The notes below the pieces were generated by a model. It did no database searches. It was not told the DNA's origin and saw only the letters and a list, made by a program, of their open reading frames with translations. From the NCBI GenBank assembly GCA_000165425.1, contig CT868015.1, positions 124,001 through 188,000 on the forward strand: a stretch of 64,000 nt of DNA. The letters run 5' to 3'. The position numbers were made by a program, and so were the translations under genes. Origin of the DNA: Paramecium tetraurelia. Its lineage: Eukaryota. Positions 14,047 through 27,621 of this stretch are shown piece after piece. Each line of letters starts with the position of its first letter. The stretch's first letter is position 1.

Positions 14047-14619
14047 TCAAAGATTGTGAACATTTTTTTTCATTATCTCTTAATATTATGAATAATTCGC
14101 ATTCCAATTTTGTAACAATTAAGGAGATGACACCTTACAAATTTCAGCAATGCTTTCTACATTCGATTCATTAACATCTTTATATGCTGATTCCATTAAG
14201 TGAGCCAAGAGCACATCTTTTATTGAAATGCCGCTCACGTCTTGAGTGGTTATTTCTACATTTAGTTTGTTATAAACATTAATCCATTTGGGGTAATCTA
14301 TATAAAAACGAAAAGTTACGATTCATCTAATCGGCCATATGTGAAACTGTATTCATAAAAACAAATGCTTATTTGAATGTTTCGAATTTGTACTCTTTTG
14401 ATAAAGACTTTGAACTCTAGAACTATAATTAAAGTTTCATACAATTTTCCAACTTTTCTCCAAACAGTGGATTTAGAGAGAGAGCTTAACATCGGTGTCA
14501 TCCAATTTGGAAGGAACAATGGAAGCTACATCCTTTAGATCTTTAATGAATAATTTAATAAAGTCTAGATTGGCTGCTTTGTTAAGAGTGAATCTTTATT
14601 TTGAGAGATGATGAAGCAT
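14047..14619 (-). CDS. Pterin-4a-carbinolamine dehydratase-like protein (catalytic His residues altered), possible mitochondrial presequence
   Basis: LSKEYKFETFKQAFVFMNTVSHMADQMNHYPKWINVYNKLNVEITTQDVSGISIKDVLLA after removing 26- and 22-nt introns. Confidence 0.85.
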
Positions 14620-14861
14620 AATAAATGTTAACTTAATTAATAAGATTTATAATCAAAATGCTAATTTATACAAACGATCAGTCATCATTTACCTCTAAAT
14701 TGAACTATTTGTGATGACTTAAGACATTTATTCTGGTTGTATTACATCTCCTTATAAATGTTCTTAAAATACATTTACCCAAATGCATGTAAAATTTAAA
14801 TGATTTCCATTAAATTAACAAGATAACTTGCTAACACTTAAATAAAAATTATTTAAAAAAT

Positions 14862-15891
14862 ATGTACTAAACCGACCCCAGATAACAACAGCCTTTCCAA
14901 TAAAACAACATCTACTAGAGTTCACCTATTTAGAGTCAATATGTATGAAGAAGATGCAAATTCTTATATTAGCTTTCATCACCAGGAATAGCCAAACAAT
15001 ATCAGCAATCACCTCAAAATCCAATAATTCAATCACCACAAACCTATTAGCCACAATAATAATTTGTATTACTAATCTATTTATTCCAAGGGCTCCCAGT
15101 ATTAGATCCCCTCTTCTTAGCAATTTCTGTAGCAACCATAATTAAGACAGCCGCAACTATAGTCCAATCAAATTTTACCTGTAACTTCATAAGCATTCGG
15201 TCCAGTACAACCTTAAAGTCCTATTACTGTCAGACCATCCTATTAGCAAATGAATTTCTAAGTTGCTCCCCCTGTTCAGCAAGTTGTCGTTCAATAACCA
15301 GTGGTACAATAATTTAACGATAATTTCATTAGACTGTTCAACCACAAACTTAAGTTTAAGAATTCAGACATGTTGAGAGACCTTTATAAGTTATCACTGT
15401 CGATGGTAATTATATTTTTGAGTATTTTCTTAGAAATCGAAGCACCATGGAGATTGAAGTGTGCCACCTTAGAGAGACAGATTTTGGAATTGTAAATTTA
15501 AATTAGAAAGAACAATGGGACTATTGTTGAAGAAACAGTTTAAGAAATCTAAGACGACACCAAAGTGAAAAATTTGGAGCTTTAAAAATTGGAATTAGAA
15601 TAAAAAATACATGATGATGAATAATTTATGAATGAATTAAGAATGAGACTTGAGGAATTGAGACAAGAATATGAAGTCATCATTACTGAAAAAGTTACCT
15701 ATGCATCAAATGAAGTAGAAACTTGGATGAAAAAATATGGCAATTTAGAAAAGAGTTATGCTGAAAGCAATTAAAAAATTGCAGACTTAAAGAGACAACT
15801 GGCATAAGTTGAAGCTGCTGACAAAGCCATGTAAGATTAAAAGAAATCTGAAGCTCGTTCAGAAGTTCGTAGAAGTTCTAAAATGTATTGA
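14862..15891 (+). CDS. Q/P/V-rich N-terminus plus coiled-coil protein (possible cortical cytoskeleton component)
   Basis: Open frame with four small introns; QQP/VVVQQP-rich region followed by a heptad E/K/L-rich helix; TGA 15889-15891. Confidence 0.7.
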
Positions 15892-15940
15892 ATTTAACAA
15901 TTTCATTAAACAAGTTAAGATATAAGAATTAAATAAAAAA

Positions 15941-17475
15941 TCACCTTCTATTACAAATCAAGTGATTAACTGCTTGTTATATTGTGCTACTACTTTACAT
16001 CTGTTTAAAATGGAAACTCCTTTCATTCTCTATTCTTATGTCATCAACCTTTAGTAAATCCATCAAATAGCTTTCCAATTCTATTAATTCCTTTAAAAAT
16101 ATAAACAATATTACATTGTCTTTTTTGTTATCTAGATATGGAATGATTGGTATTCCATTGCTCAATTAATAAGCAAATGAATAAGCAGAGTTATCAATCA
16201 AAATTATATCTTCTAAATTTCTATTTAAGGATCTTAAGTCTTTGACATGGCATCCTTTTGAAAGATTTATGCAATCATTTCTATAGAGACGATACTTCAC
16301 TAGTTGTTTGGTTGGATCCAAATAATCTATTATCTAATTTGCATAGTCTTCATTTGAAGCTGTGTAGATCATGATTTCAAAGTGTTTGGACATATTTTAT
16401 AGAAATTGCTGGGTGTAGGGTCGAACACTAATTTCAGCCTAATTTGGAATATCATTTGAATACATTACTTTCACAATAAATCCATTGTTTAAATTAATAT
16501 TTATCTCTAGATCTTTGGGCATTAGACATGATTCATTGCAATGTACTAAGGTTTCATCCAGATCTATAACCAAAGTTTTTTAGCGAGCTTAATGATAATA
16601 CAAATTATATACTTGTTTGTGGTTTGATTTTAGGTAAAATTTAATAAGTTTCAGATTATTTTAACATTTTTGATTTTTAGAGAATTTCATAGGTTTGAAT
16701 AAAATGATTAATGTACATTTATGCCATAAATGTATCGACTTACTCTCCTTTAATTAAGTTAATTAATTTATCAGTATAATAAACATTTCTATTTTTTGGT
16801 TAATTAAAATCTTCAATTCGAATATATTTCATTATTTCTACATCGTTTGATTCTCCTTTAGATTCATGATTTTGTTTTTGATTATCTTACTACTATTTAT
16901 TATTTGTTCCACTCTGTTTTGCTCCTTGCCCTTCTAATTGCAAATCCAAAGCAGTTGGCAAAGAATTATTACTGTCCATCGCAATAGTTGATTATCTAGA
17001 AGTCTTAAATCTTTTGCGGATGAGTTTTCTTCTGATCACCCTCTATTTACTGAAGAAATTATTTGAAAGACAACACTTTTTAGTATTTTAAACTGGGATG
17101 AGATTATCCTCAAGGCTTGGAATTTCTTCAAGGTCTTAAACTTCTGGAATGGCTAATGGTGTAACAGTCTAGATGAGATTAACTAAAATGAAATACTTAT
17201 GAATCATTTTAAGCTTCATGTCCTCTTTGATAGGTCTCTTTGGGACCTGAAATTTAAGTCCCATTTTGTTGAGCTTGTTTCTTAAGCATACTATTGTTAG
17301 TTTATTTGTTGATTTAACATAACTCAGAAGCCTCTTCATTGACTTAACAAAATGTGTCAGACTATATGCAAATAAGTTGAGATGATACTTATTCAATAAA
17401 TTTCATATTATTTTGTGAATAATTCTATGCTTGGACTGTTCTCAAGAAATGTCCCTCTATCTTTTAAGCTATCAT
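15941..17475 (-). CDS. CTD small phosphatase-like (FCP1/SCP, NIF-domain HAD phosphatase)
   Basis: TLVIDLDETLVHC, VRPYTQQFL, IYTASNEDYA, VKDLRSLNRNLEDIILIDNSAYSF. Confidence 0.9.
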
Positions 17476-19007
17476 TTTATTTAATTATTATATTTGTAGA
17501 GTAATATTATAGATTCTAAATACTGACTTTAAAAAAAGGTTCCAGTGTGAGGACTTCTTTGCATTCTAACCATATTTGAAATATAATATAAAAACTTTAA
17601 TAAGTATCGATTCAATTTATATTTTTAATTTTACAATATCGTTTTGCAAATATTTATTGGTTAGCAGAATTTAATAAAAAGTGAAATTTCTTCATCACAC
17701 ACTTGTATTTATGATATTCTCTATTTTCATTTCTTCTGTCATTCTTGTTTTTAAGATTTAAGCCACATACCTCTGAACATACCTCACCCTTCGTTAATCA
17801 TCAAAAATTTTCAACTATCTTAAGTTAAATAATTACTTATTATTTTATTCAAGGAAATATACCAAACTTTCCAAAGTTATCTCCTTTTCTTCATTGCCTT
17901 TCTATTTTAACTTCTCCATAAACAGCTATAATCCATGAACTATATGGAAGCATATCAAACGTTTTAGTGTAAGTTTAATAGACCGATTCTCGAGTCAATT
18001 TCATTAAACTAAATATTCCATTTTGTAGACTTTACTTAATTTCTTAATTTCATGTAAGATCTAAAGTTCATTACATTAATATTAATTATAAATTTTAAAT
18101 TGTATTCAACTTATTACATCTTATTACATTTAAATTAATGTTGCTTTATATATTTCTCTTTGGGTGTTCTTCCAAAATGCTACGCAATTTCTATGCTGTA
18201 ATATTATTCTTCATTATTTTACTAATGTTTTTTGCAAGTTGTGTATTTTTTTATATATTTTTCATTTTTTAAATAACATTCCATATTTTTAGCCACAAAT
18301 ACAAGTCTCTAAATTTTATTGCAACTCTGATGCTTATAGCCAAGCAAATTATGAATTAAGATTTTTCCTGAGATTTAATTACTTTTACTTCTCTATAAGA
18401 ATTGTTTATGGTTATGATATTCTCACAATATATTTTAGGCAAGGAAATAGTTTTAATAAAATCAAAAGCAATATATCACTGATGATTAGATAAATAGTTA
18501 GAAACGTTAATTAACAACAGTCAAATTAATATAAAAAAATATATTAATTAATGAAAATTCTCATCGATAAAGAGTAGCAAAATACTTTATTTTATTTTAT
18601 GATTTGAAAGGTTGTCAGCTTGAATATCAAATCTCTATTTAAAAGACCTAATGGAAAATGAAACTAAACACCTAACTCATATATTAATTTGAATATTCAT
18701 TCCATTTCATCACTAAATTCAATTTGAATACATCTTAATTCTAGCAGAAAATGCTTAATTTATTCATATTATATCTGAAATAGTATAAATATTTAGCTAT
18801 ATAATTGATCTTATTAAATCATTGTTGTACTATTGATAAAATATTGATGAATAGAATGAATTCAATATGTATTGGATGTCTGATTATATCAAGACATCTA
18901 GATTATTTGTATTCTTTCTCATTTCTAATGTATTTTCACTTTTATTGACTGTTCTGTATGTATAGCACAGCTTTATTTTAAAAAATTTAAAGATTTTTTT
19001 TTAATTT

Positions 19008-19421
19008 ATGGGCAAAAAGGAAAAAGGAAAGCCAAATCAATTGGGTGAAGTCAGCAGAGATTATACTATTAATCTTCATAAAGCTGTTCACAAGGAGACA
19101 TTCAAGAGAAAGGCTCCACGTGCAGTCAGTCATATAGTCAGATTTGGTAAATAAATTGAATTAATGGGATAGCTCAAAAGAATATGTTGACAGAGGATGT
19201 CAGAGTTGATCCATAATTGAATGAAGCAGTATGGGCTAGAGGAATTAGAAATTTACCAAGAAGAATCAGAGTTAGGTAGTGTGATTAACATTATTGTTTG
19301 CAGACTTTAAAGAAAGAAGAAGGAAGAAGATGATGGAAAAGGAAAGTACTATACTCTTGCTTAGTACGTGCCAGTTGATTCATTTGATAACCTCAAGACA
19401 GAAATCACAAAAGCATAATGA
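19008..19421 (+). CDS. RPL31: 60S ribosomal protein L31 (eL31)
   Basis: RDYTINLHK...FKRKAPRAV...[28 protein letters not shown]; two introns. Confidence 0.97.
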
Positions 19422-19966
19422 TTCCAATATTGTACAATACAATATATAAATACATTATTTTATTTTTAATTAAAATTGTTCTTAGATTTATATTCAAATC
19501 AAAGATAAAGGGAGAGAGAGAGATTGAAGGCAGTGAGATTCTATTAAGAGAATAAAAGAATAATTGTTTTTCATTTGTATTAATTTTATTATATTTAACA
19601 TATTGAATACTTAATCTAGAGTCTTAATTCCCATAATTCAAGTTATAATGTTATACTATCTTCAATAATTGAGATTATAAACAATTAGATGGTATTTGAA
19701 AGAGGTATGCTCTAATTAATTAAAAATGCAAAAAAAGTGAAATAACGATGAAGTTCGTTTTATTTTATTAAAATGGATTTTTATAATGAGATATATTTCG
19801 TTATATATAAAGAATATGTGATTTTAATGTAATTACAATAAGTGTATAGTAATGTGTAGTATAGTATTGTTGTTTGAGTATTGTAATAATTTTAATTGAA
19901 TTCCAAAAAGTGAGGTTAATGAATGATTCAAAATATATAATTTGTTTTATGTTGATTTAATATATT

Positions 19967-20540
19967 TCATGCATCTAGATTGAACAATTTCACAGCAGCA
20001 GGGTCGTTGATCATAAATGCTGCTTTTTAGGTTTGGCGTACGAATTCTCGTACGGTATTTTCACTCCTTCCCAATTTAAACAATGCCTATTATAAATTAA
20101 ATGAATAAGTATACTTTCAAATAGGAATCAAGTTATTTTCCTCTTTTTTCAATGAAATCATTGTCGAGATTTCCAAAAAGTCTTTTTTCTGGAAATTTTG
20201 GTAAATTGGATTTGAGATTCTTTGATAACTTTGAACTCAAACTTTCCAAAAGGCTATATCGAGTTTAAAAAATCCAGAAAAGAGTTCCTTTCTATATTTT
20301 AATTTCATAGACAGTGAAATTATTCTGAACAACTTTGGTGTTGATAATCTCGATTTCAAAGTCGTTATTCTAGAAAAATGTTTAAAATAATAGATTTACT
20401 TCTACTGTCAATTGGGTTTTGGCTTTGATGGGTCGTCTCTTGTTTAGGAAGGAGAGAATAGGTAATTCTGCCATCTATTCATCGATCAAGGATTATTGAG
20501 ATGATTATAATAAAGCAAACTATTAATTTTGGTTGGACAT
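19967..20540 (-). CDS. PX (phox homology) domain protein
   Basis: FTVYEIKI...TRYSLLESL...LPNFPEKRLFGNLDNDFIEKRGKQLDSYLK. Confidence 0.85.
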
Positions 20541-20650
20541 TGTTGTTTTTGATGAAACAAAAGGGGTTGGGGAAAGTTAAACAGGTCTTAACTTATTTTA
20601 ATTAATGTAATTGAGTCTCTTTTAAATGCTTCTTTAATTATAAAATTTTA

Positions 20651-22152
20651 ATGAACCAAAAGAAAAAAAGAAGAGTTTTTTCTTTTCAAATTAAAAATTT
20701 GGCAGGCACATTATCAGAATTGTTTGATAGTTAACAGACTACAAGTAGAAAATAAAACGAATAACCCAATATCAAGACATTACTGGGTTTCAATGAAATC
20801 GATTAATTCTATTCGCCAAAGGAATCTGGATCAACTACACAGAGATCTATTCCAAGGTTTCGTAAGAATTCAATCAGTCCCAAGCATTCTTACATCTATT
20901 CTAGGAAAACAATTCAAACCCCTTTGACAATACGGTCATCATTAGTAATGCTTAATCAATTTGAATAACAATTTGGTGATAGTATTCAAGCTAATGATCA
21001 AGTTGGAGCTATAGAAAGTAACTAACATTTTTGATAAGGTCTACTAAATATGATGGTAATTGCAGTTGAATAAGATAACATAACTTTACTCATAACATTT
21101 ATGCGTCTGAGTGCATTAACATTTATTTCTTTTTAAGAATGGACCAAGGCACTCCTTTTTTTATAACATTGTAAATTTCTAAGTGAATTCACCAGATAGT
21201 TGGATGTAATTTAATGGACATTTCTTCAGATAGGAATTTTGTGTAAATATGTCAAGAAATATGATCTGGGTAAAATATTCATAAAGAAAGTAATACTTCA
21301 TAATTATATATATAGTCATTAGAATATGCATGGCACCTGAAAGATATCGATTAAGAGATAATCTGTTATGAGGAACTTGGAAAATTATGCTTTCTCAATT
21401 ACGAATTAAAAACAGCTAAATCTTTACATGATAAAAGTATGAAAGGAACAGTTGAGAAAGAAAAGTCTGCCATGAAAATGGTCTCATAAAAAGGAATGCA
21501 ATAAATCATAAAGATGTTGCCATAAGAAGAGAAGAGAATGGGGTTACACATTTTTTCTAAAGCTGTAAGTTTTCCCATCAAATTAATTCAATGTTAAAAT
21601 CCTCTCTATTATTAAAGACGATAAGTGAAAAATCAATATATGATATCACATAATTTAGAATGCATACCAAACTAAAGAGTTATTGAAATTGATATTTCAT
21701 TGGATGAGATGTTATAATAATTTCTTAAAGGAAAGAATTTTGCCTTTGAAATTCCCATACCAATCTCTGTGGCCGATGAGTATGAAAATATAAGACAGTA
21801 AAGTTCTACACCAAAAATATAGTAATTAAAGCAAACTTAGGCAGCTACCTTAATTAAATTATCCACTTTAAAGTTGCATCCAACTTCAAACAAATAACCA
21901 ATAATTAGATTAAATGATTTTTAGAAGAAACTTCCATTGGAGGAAATGATTAGATAACGTTTGGAGATGAAATTTGAAACTCATACAACTTCTACGGAAA
22001 CAATTAGGAACAGAAAATTCTCCAGTAATTTAGAATTAATCAGATTAACACATGAGAGAGATGGAATTGCTTTGAGTGTAGAACATTAAAAGCGAGGCTT
22101 AATTAAATACGCCTAGAAATTACTGAATCAATAATAAATTACTTTCCTATGA
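20651..22152 (+). CDS. Hypothetical protein with TPR-like helical region
   Basis: Open frame with small introns; KKSLEYAWHLKDIDQEIICYEELGKLCFLNYELKTAKSLH resembles TPR helices. Confidence 0.6.
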
Positions 22153-22472
22153 TTAAAAGTGTTGTTTTAATGATATATAATATTTATTCATTTTATAATA
22201 AATCAAGACCTCCAACTGTTATGATTTTTTGCTAAGGAATAATTAAGAATTCTATGCAAGGATTAATTAGATTCAGATAAAATTGAAGTTCTTAAAGATT
22301 TGCTACATTCTTAGTCATTCAGATTAAAATCTGACTGTTTTGATTAAATTTGAATTAATCCTTGAATCATAAGAATCTGCCTGTATAGAGTGGGTTATTA
22401 TTATGAAAGACAACAACATATTCGAATTATTACATTATAAAGATTAAATGTACATGATTTTATTATATTTTT

Positions 22473-23123
22473 TCAATAGCCTAACTTCTCTAACTCTGAG
22501 TTGATTGTAGCGAGTTCTTTAGCTCCGATGGCCTTTCTTCTGAGGTTTTCTTTGCTAATCTTTCTCTTGTAATAGGCAGCACCTCTAATTGAAGTGTTAA
22601 AAATGCACGATACCTTTGCTTTCTCTTCTCTTCAAGTCTGTTAACAACAGCTTATGAATTCCATCCGACTGAGGCACATAAATCACCTAATGAGCAGAAG
22701 GGTCTGTGATTCTTGAGTCTGATCAATTTGAGAGCATCTGGAACAACTTATCTCTTTCTTGTGTCATAGGGAGGGGGGACTCCTTCAAAGATCTTTAATC
22801 TTTCTAAAGCAGCTGCTCCTCTTTTTGATTTATATTGAAGCATTCCTCTGACTACTTTCCAAAAACATCTTGATGGAGTTCTGTAATGTTTGTATCCTCT
22901 TCTTGGATTGAAGGCCATTCTCTTATTGAGATATTCTTCAAAAATGACTCTATTTCTGAAGAGGGAACCTGCTTTAGTAACAACATCATACCTGATTGTT
23001 GAATCAACTCAGTTCTGACTACAACAATCCTTTAGCCCCTTTACAATTGACTTGGCAAATGTAAGAAGCCAATCGACCCAACAAATGTCCCTTGCCATCA
23101 ATCACGATTTCTTTCTCAAACAT
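22473..23123 (-). pseudogene. RPL13A: 60S ribosomal protein L13a (uL13) with two 1-nt insertions (frameshifted copy or assembly error)
   Basis: MFEKEIVIDGKGHLLGRLASYI[t]AK[t]QLQRGQRIVVVRTE...ALERLKIFEGVPPPYD; extra bases at 23050 and within 23057-23059; two normal introns. Confidence 0.85.
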
Positions 23124-23294
23124 TAAATTTTAAATAAATTTTCAAATCATTTCATCCATTCCATTAGCCAATATTTAATATCATCAAATATATTTATAAA
23201 ACACACCCATATATAAATAAGAAAATTATAAAAAGAACTTTATTTTGATCCCAATACAGATCTAACATATTGTAATTAAAATCAATAAATTTTA

Positions 23295-24864
23295 TCATAA
23301 AATTTAAGTGGAATTAGTACTGCCAGTCACTCCATGATCATTGTATTCATAATCCTTGAACATATCTTGAATAGAATCCCTTCTCAAAGCACTAGCATTT
23401 TCTTATATCAAAGCATCCTGAGAGTCATGATCCGATGAAATCTGCCTCTTGAAATCCAGATCCTCAGAATAAGCCAACTCCACAAAAGGTGAAGGCATAG
23501 TCTTATCAATCAGACTCTACCAATTTAGATTTTAAAACCAAGGATGTTTCATAATTGCCTAAATCCCATCAAATCCTAATCTACTTTATTGTTTCCTTTG
23601 CAACAACTACCCATAAGAATATCCATTTACTTAATTGCAAATATCTGCACTTTCATTACTCCAACCATCTTATCTTTTGATAGTAACTTACTTAGTTAAC
23701 ATCATCTCTTTGATTTCCTTACGAGATCTACCAACATAAGGTCTTCTCCCAAGCATGAATTCGTGTATCATGACTCCCAAGGCAAAATGATCAACCCCTA
23801 TTCCATGATTCTGTCTACACATTACTTCTGGGGCTATCTGACTTAATATAATTACTAACCCATATATCCTGGAGTGCCACTTGTTTCTTAACTATTCTCT
23901 GGCTTTAACACTCTTGCTATCCCAAAATCAGTTAATCTTGGATAGCCCTTCTTGTCAAATACTACATTCTCAGGTTTAAGATCTCGATGTATAATGTTAT
24001 TGTTCTGCAAGTACTCCAAACTCAATAATAAACAAGCAATTATGAACTCTACATTAGGATAATCTCTTTACTTGTTTGCCATTCAGTGAAACGACGACTA
24101 ACTCCAATATGATATCTTAGATCTCCTCCTGTTAAGAGATCCATCACTAAGTAAAGGTGATCTCGATCTTAAAATGCAAAGTGAATGTTGGCAATGAAAG
24201 AATGTCTTAGTTTACTGAGGAGTATCCTTTCATTAATAACTGAGTGGACAGACTTCTTTGATAAGATTCTCAATTAACGTATTAAAATACTTGGCTTTAC
24301 TCATCTCTTTCATTGCATATTGCTTTCTAGTCTTACAAAGTTCCACTCTCCACACTTTCCCAAATCCTCCTTTCCCAAGCACAAACAGGAATTTAAAACA
24401 ACCTTTGTTTAGATCTTCTCGAATTAGAGAATGCTGATGCAACAACCTCTCAGGTGTTTAAATCGCCTATTTTTTAGCTACACTCTCATTGATCTTTCTC
24501 TTCAAGGCTTTTTACTAATTAAGTTACATAAACTCACTAATATTTGTTCATTGAAGATCTACATCTAAATCTAATATTTTGGACTTTGAGGTACTGAAGG
24601 TACTTAAGGAGGACTTACACTTAGCATTCTCTATTCTACACGACTCATATTCCGAGTCCTCCACTAAGGAGAAACGGGTGGTGATACAGGAACTGGAACC
24701 TACTGCCCACTAGACATTTTGAATGAGGGCAATTTGGATGGTCTTTGCTGTCTTTGTCGAGTGCTCACAGGACTTTTGAACAGTTATTGGTAATTATGAG
24801 GTTCAATAAAGTTTTAGTGAATTGGGAGCATCTCCTTTATATTTCTGCGAGGTCCTAAATTCAT
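23295..24864 (-). CDS. AGC-family Ser/Thr protein kinase
   Basis: LGKGGFGKV, YAMKEM, HRDLKPEN, DFG, SGTPGYMAPE, RLGFDGIQAIMKHPWF plus AGC C-terminal tail; several tiny introns. Confidence 0.93.
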
Positions 24865-24994
24865 TATTAAAATTATTATATCAAAATATAGGACAATAGT
24901 TTGTTGTTAAATCCAAATAAACTCTTTGAGTGGCGAGGTGGTTCAACAACAGTTTATAATTGACCAATAATATCAATATAAAATAAATTAGAAA

Positions 24995-25828
24995 ATGGAC
25001 TTTACTGCTGTTAATCGATCTCCACTTAACACAAGCAAAACTAAATAAATGTATACTTTCTCGAAGGCCAAACGTTGGGTCGATCCCAAAGACAACATGT
25101 TACCATTACTTAATTCACATTTAGTTGCCCTCCAATTTATCAGTTACCTACTACTTTGAGTAAGAGAGCAGCTGGAATAGGCCTTGGCAAGAAGATGAAC
25201 GTAACTCAGGAAATAGTTTCACCTGCCCCCAACTCTTATTCGATTCAAACTACTAGAGAACACGGTTGGACCATGGGATTGGGCAGAGATGTAACTCTAT
25301 TGTGTCGAATTCAAGCGCGCAAATAAATTCGAGAGCATCTTCTTAGGCTTAGTCCAAAAGACACCTGGGCCAGGATCATACAATTCTAAAGAAACCTAGT
25401 CTAAAGTTCGTTACAGCATGAGACAACGACTGAAAAGCAGAACAAGCAAAGATCGAAAACCTGGACCGTATTCCTATGAACCTATTCTAGTGGCGAATAT
25501 GACTTACCAACCAGCATAAACAGTCGAGGCAAGTATGCCCTCAGTTAATATCGCGAGTACTGTGTGTTTCTATAGAATCGCTAGTTCAGGAGCTATCGTT
25601 CTTTCGCCTCCCAAAGTCCAATCAGATAGAAAAATAAGGGATAACACTCCAGGACCAGGGACATACAAAGAGACAGATAACCTGGATCCCTTGGGTAGTT
25701 ACTTTTGTTCCAGATTTGGTGCAAGCAAATGTAACATATTTCCAAGGGCTTAACGGATACTATCGGAAAACAGAGAGGGATCGCCTGGACCTGGCTAATA
25801 CAAGTTGCCTTCCGATTTCGGGTGTTGA
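24995..25828 (+). CDS. SHIPPO/STPG (sperm-tail PG-rich repeat) ciliary microtubule-associated protein
   Basis: Repeated TPGPGSY, PGPGEY, TPGPGTY and SPGPGQY motifs. Confidence 0.85.
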
Positions 25829-25896
25829 CATATCATTATTTTTAATCTAGTTTAACTATATTTTTTCGGATTAGTTTATTGATAAATAATTTGAAA

Positions 25897-26669
25897 ATGC
25901 AATTCCAATCGATAAAAAAAGAATTATTGGTTAAGCAAGCACCTAAGCATGAGAGTTGTATTGCTAAAATCTTCAATTACAACCCTTCCTAAAAAGGATT
26001 GTAAATAAAAAGGAATCTATTCCAATCAGAATAACCATAATGTAATCAGGTATTTATAGGTGAGTTATTTTTTGATTGCTAAAACCCTTGAGTCAATGAA
26101 ACTGCAAGAATCCATTGCTTTAAAATCATAGGCAATTAATGATCAAACAAAAAAGAAAAGTGATAACAATAATCGAATGACATTCAAATTAGAATTTGAT
26201 AAGAAAGCCAATCTACAAACGCAAAGGAAGAGTCAAGATGCTTTGACTATTGAAAAAAAGCCCAGCAACTTTGCCATTATTTAAAATATGTTTGATTTGG
26301 AAACTAAGAATTTAGAAATCTATATGCAGGCATAAGAGAAGAAGACTTAAATTCAATAATTGTAATCTTAATTGGAGTAACAAAATATTAAATAGGAATA
26401 GTAAGTTAGGCATTAAAATTAGGAGAAGGATGAATTATTATAAAAGTAATAATTACATTGACTCTTATAGAATTCAATAATTGGAACACTAATGCGAGGA
26501 GCAGAAGAGATATATCGATCAAATACCTTTGATGTAAGCAGAGGCGTAAGAGTGGAAAGATCGCTTTCTGAATTTGAACAAATTATTCCATCAATCTCAA
26601 GAAGTGATATTCAGAATTGAGGCGGAATAATAAAGTAGTTAACGAAGAACCTTCAATTTTAAAGTGTGA
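25897..26669 (+). CDS. Coiled-coil hypothetical protein (5' exon structure unresolved)
   Basis: Q/E/K-rich helical frame from about 26095 to TGA 26667-26669 with a 25-nt intron; joining it to ATG 25897 needs an unusually long intron or an indel. Confidence 0.5.
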
Positions 26670-26725
26670 ATGAGAGAAAGGGTTTGAAATCCAGAAATTA
26701 GTGAATATATTATAATAAAAATACA

Positions 26726-27529
26726 TTCATTCACATTCTAGTAGAGTCTTTATTTTTAATTTATCTTATTCACTCAACGCACTAACATATTCTGATGGTC
26801 TTCCTGGAGATACCAAAGATTGTTAATGAGTGAGTTGAGTAATTTGAATTTGCTATAACTAGATTTATTATTTCAATTTTTGATTTTCTTACAACAATTT
26901 ATCATATTCTTTTTCCATATTTTGATGCTTTTTCTAAATTCATAGTTAAAATAATTACATTGGACTCTTTAATTTATTTAATTTCTTTCTATAATTGCAT
27001 GATTTACAAATCTTTGTCAAGGAGTTGTTTTTAATAAATGATGGATGGTTCTAGCATAATTAAAATAGAATACTGTGTTTAGAGGATCTCTCCTCTTCTT
27101 GACTCTCTCCTGTAGTGGTCTTAGTGTAATTTGATTTTTCATTAAGTCTCTCCTGGAGAAAGGAAGAGACCTTATTTGAATGATATTGAGAATCTGGGGT
27201 TTATTTTGATGAGTAGATTTTAATGGCTTCTTAAATGGGGAAACTCTAGCCCTTTAGAATAAACGAACGATTTACTTAAGTAGGTATCCTTGTTTTCAAT
27301 TCTGTGGCTTGTATAATTTTGGGATAGACATGCGAAGTAGTTAATATTTTGGATGGCGAATTGGATCTACCATCGAACTAGTGGCTTCTTCTTGGGTTAT
27401 GTGTAACAACAACATGGGTGACTGGAGATTGTTTTCTGGATTCATATTATCTATACAAAGCAGAAGCTGACTAACGATGGTTGAAGTTCTAAGATATTTA
27501 ATGAGTAATTTGACTTATAATGGAATCAT
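26726..27529 (-). CDS. Hypothetical protein, S/P-rich N-terminus plus coiled-coil
   Basis: Coding-like frame with several 23-26 nt introns, LLDKDLQIMQLQKEINKLKE..., ends LLECE-TGA. Confidence 0.6.
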
Positions 27530-27621
27530 TTCTTTCTTAGGTTTAGATGAGGTAATGTTTTGAATATTAAATTTAAAATATTCACATAAATATTATATTA
27601 AACATCTAAAACAAAAGGAAT

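Noticed and set aside
14680..14719. Inverted repeat AGTCATCA/TGATGACT containing a C-box-like GTGATGA
   Set aside because: Only an 8-bp stem and no suitably spaced D box (CTGA), so a snoRNA cannot be supported.
19505..19540. GA-dinucleotide purine run after RPL31
   Set aside because: It is short and low-complexity, with no evidence of function.
22203..22370. 55-codon minus-strand ORF downstream of RPL13a
   Set aside because: With only one stop codon, ORFs of this length arise often by chance, and it has no recognisable motif.
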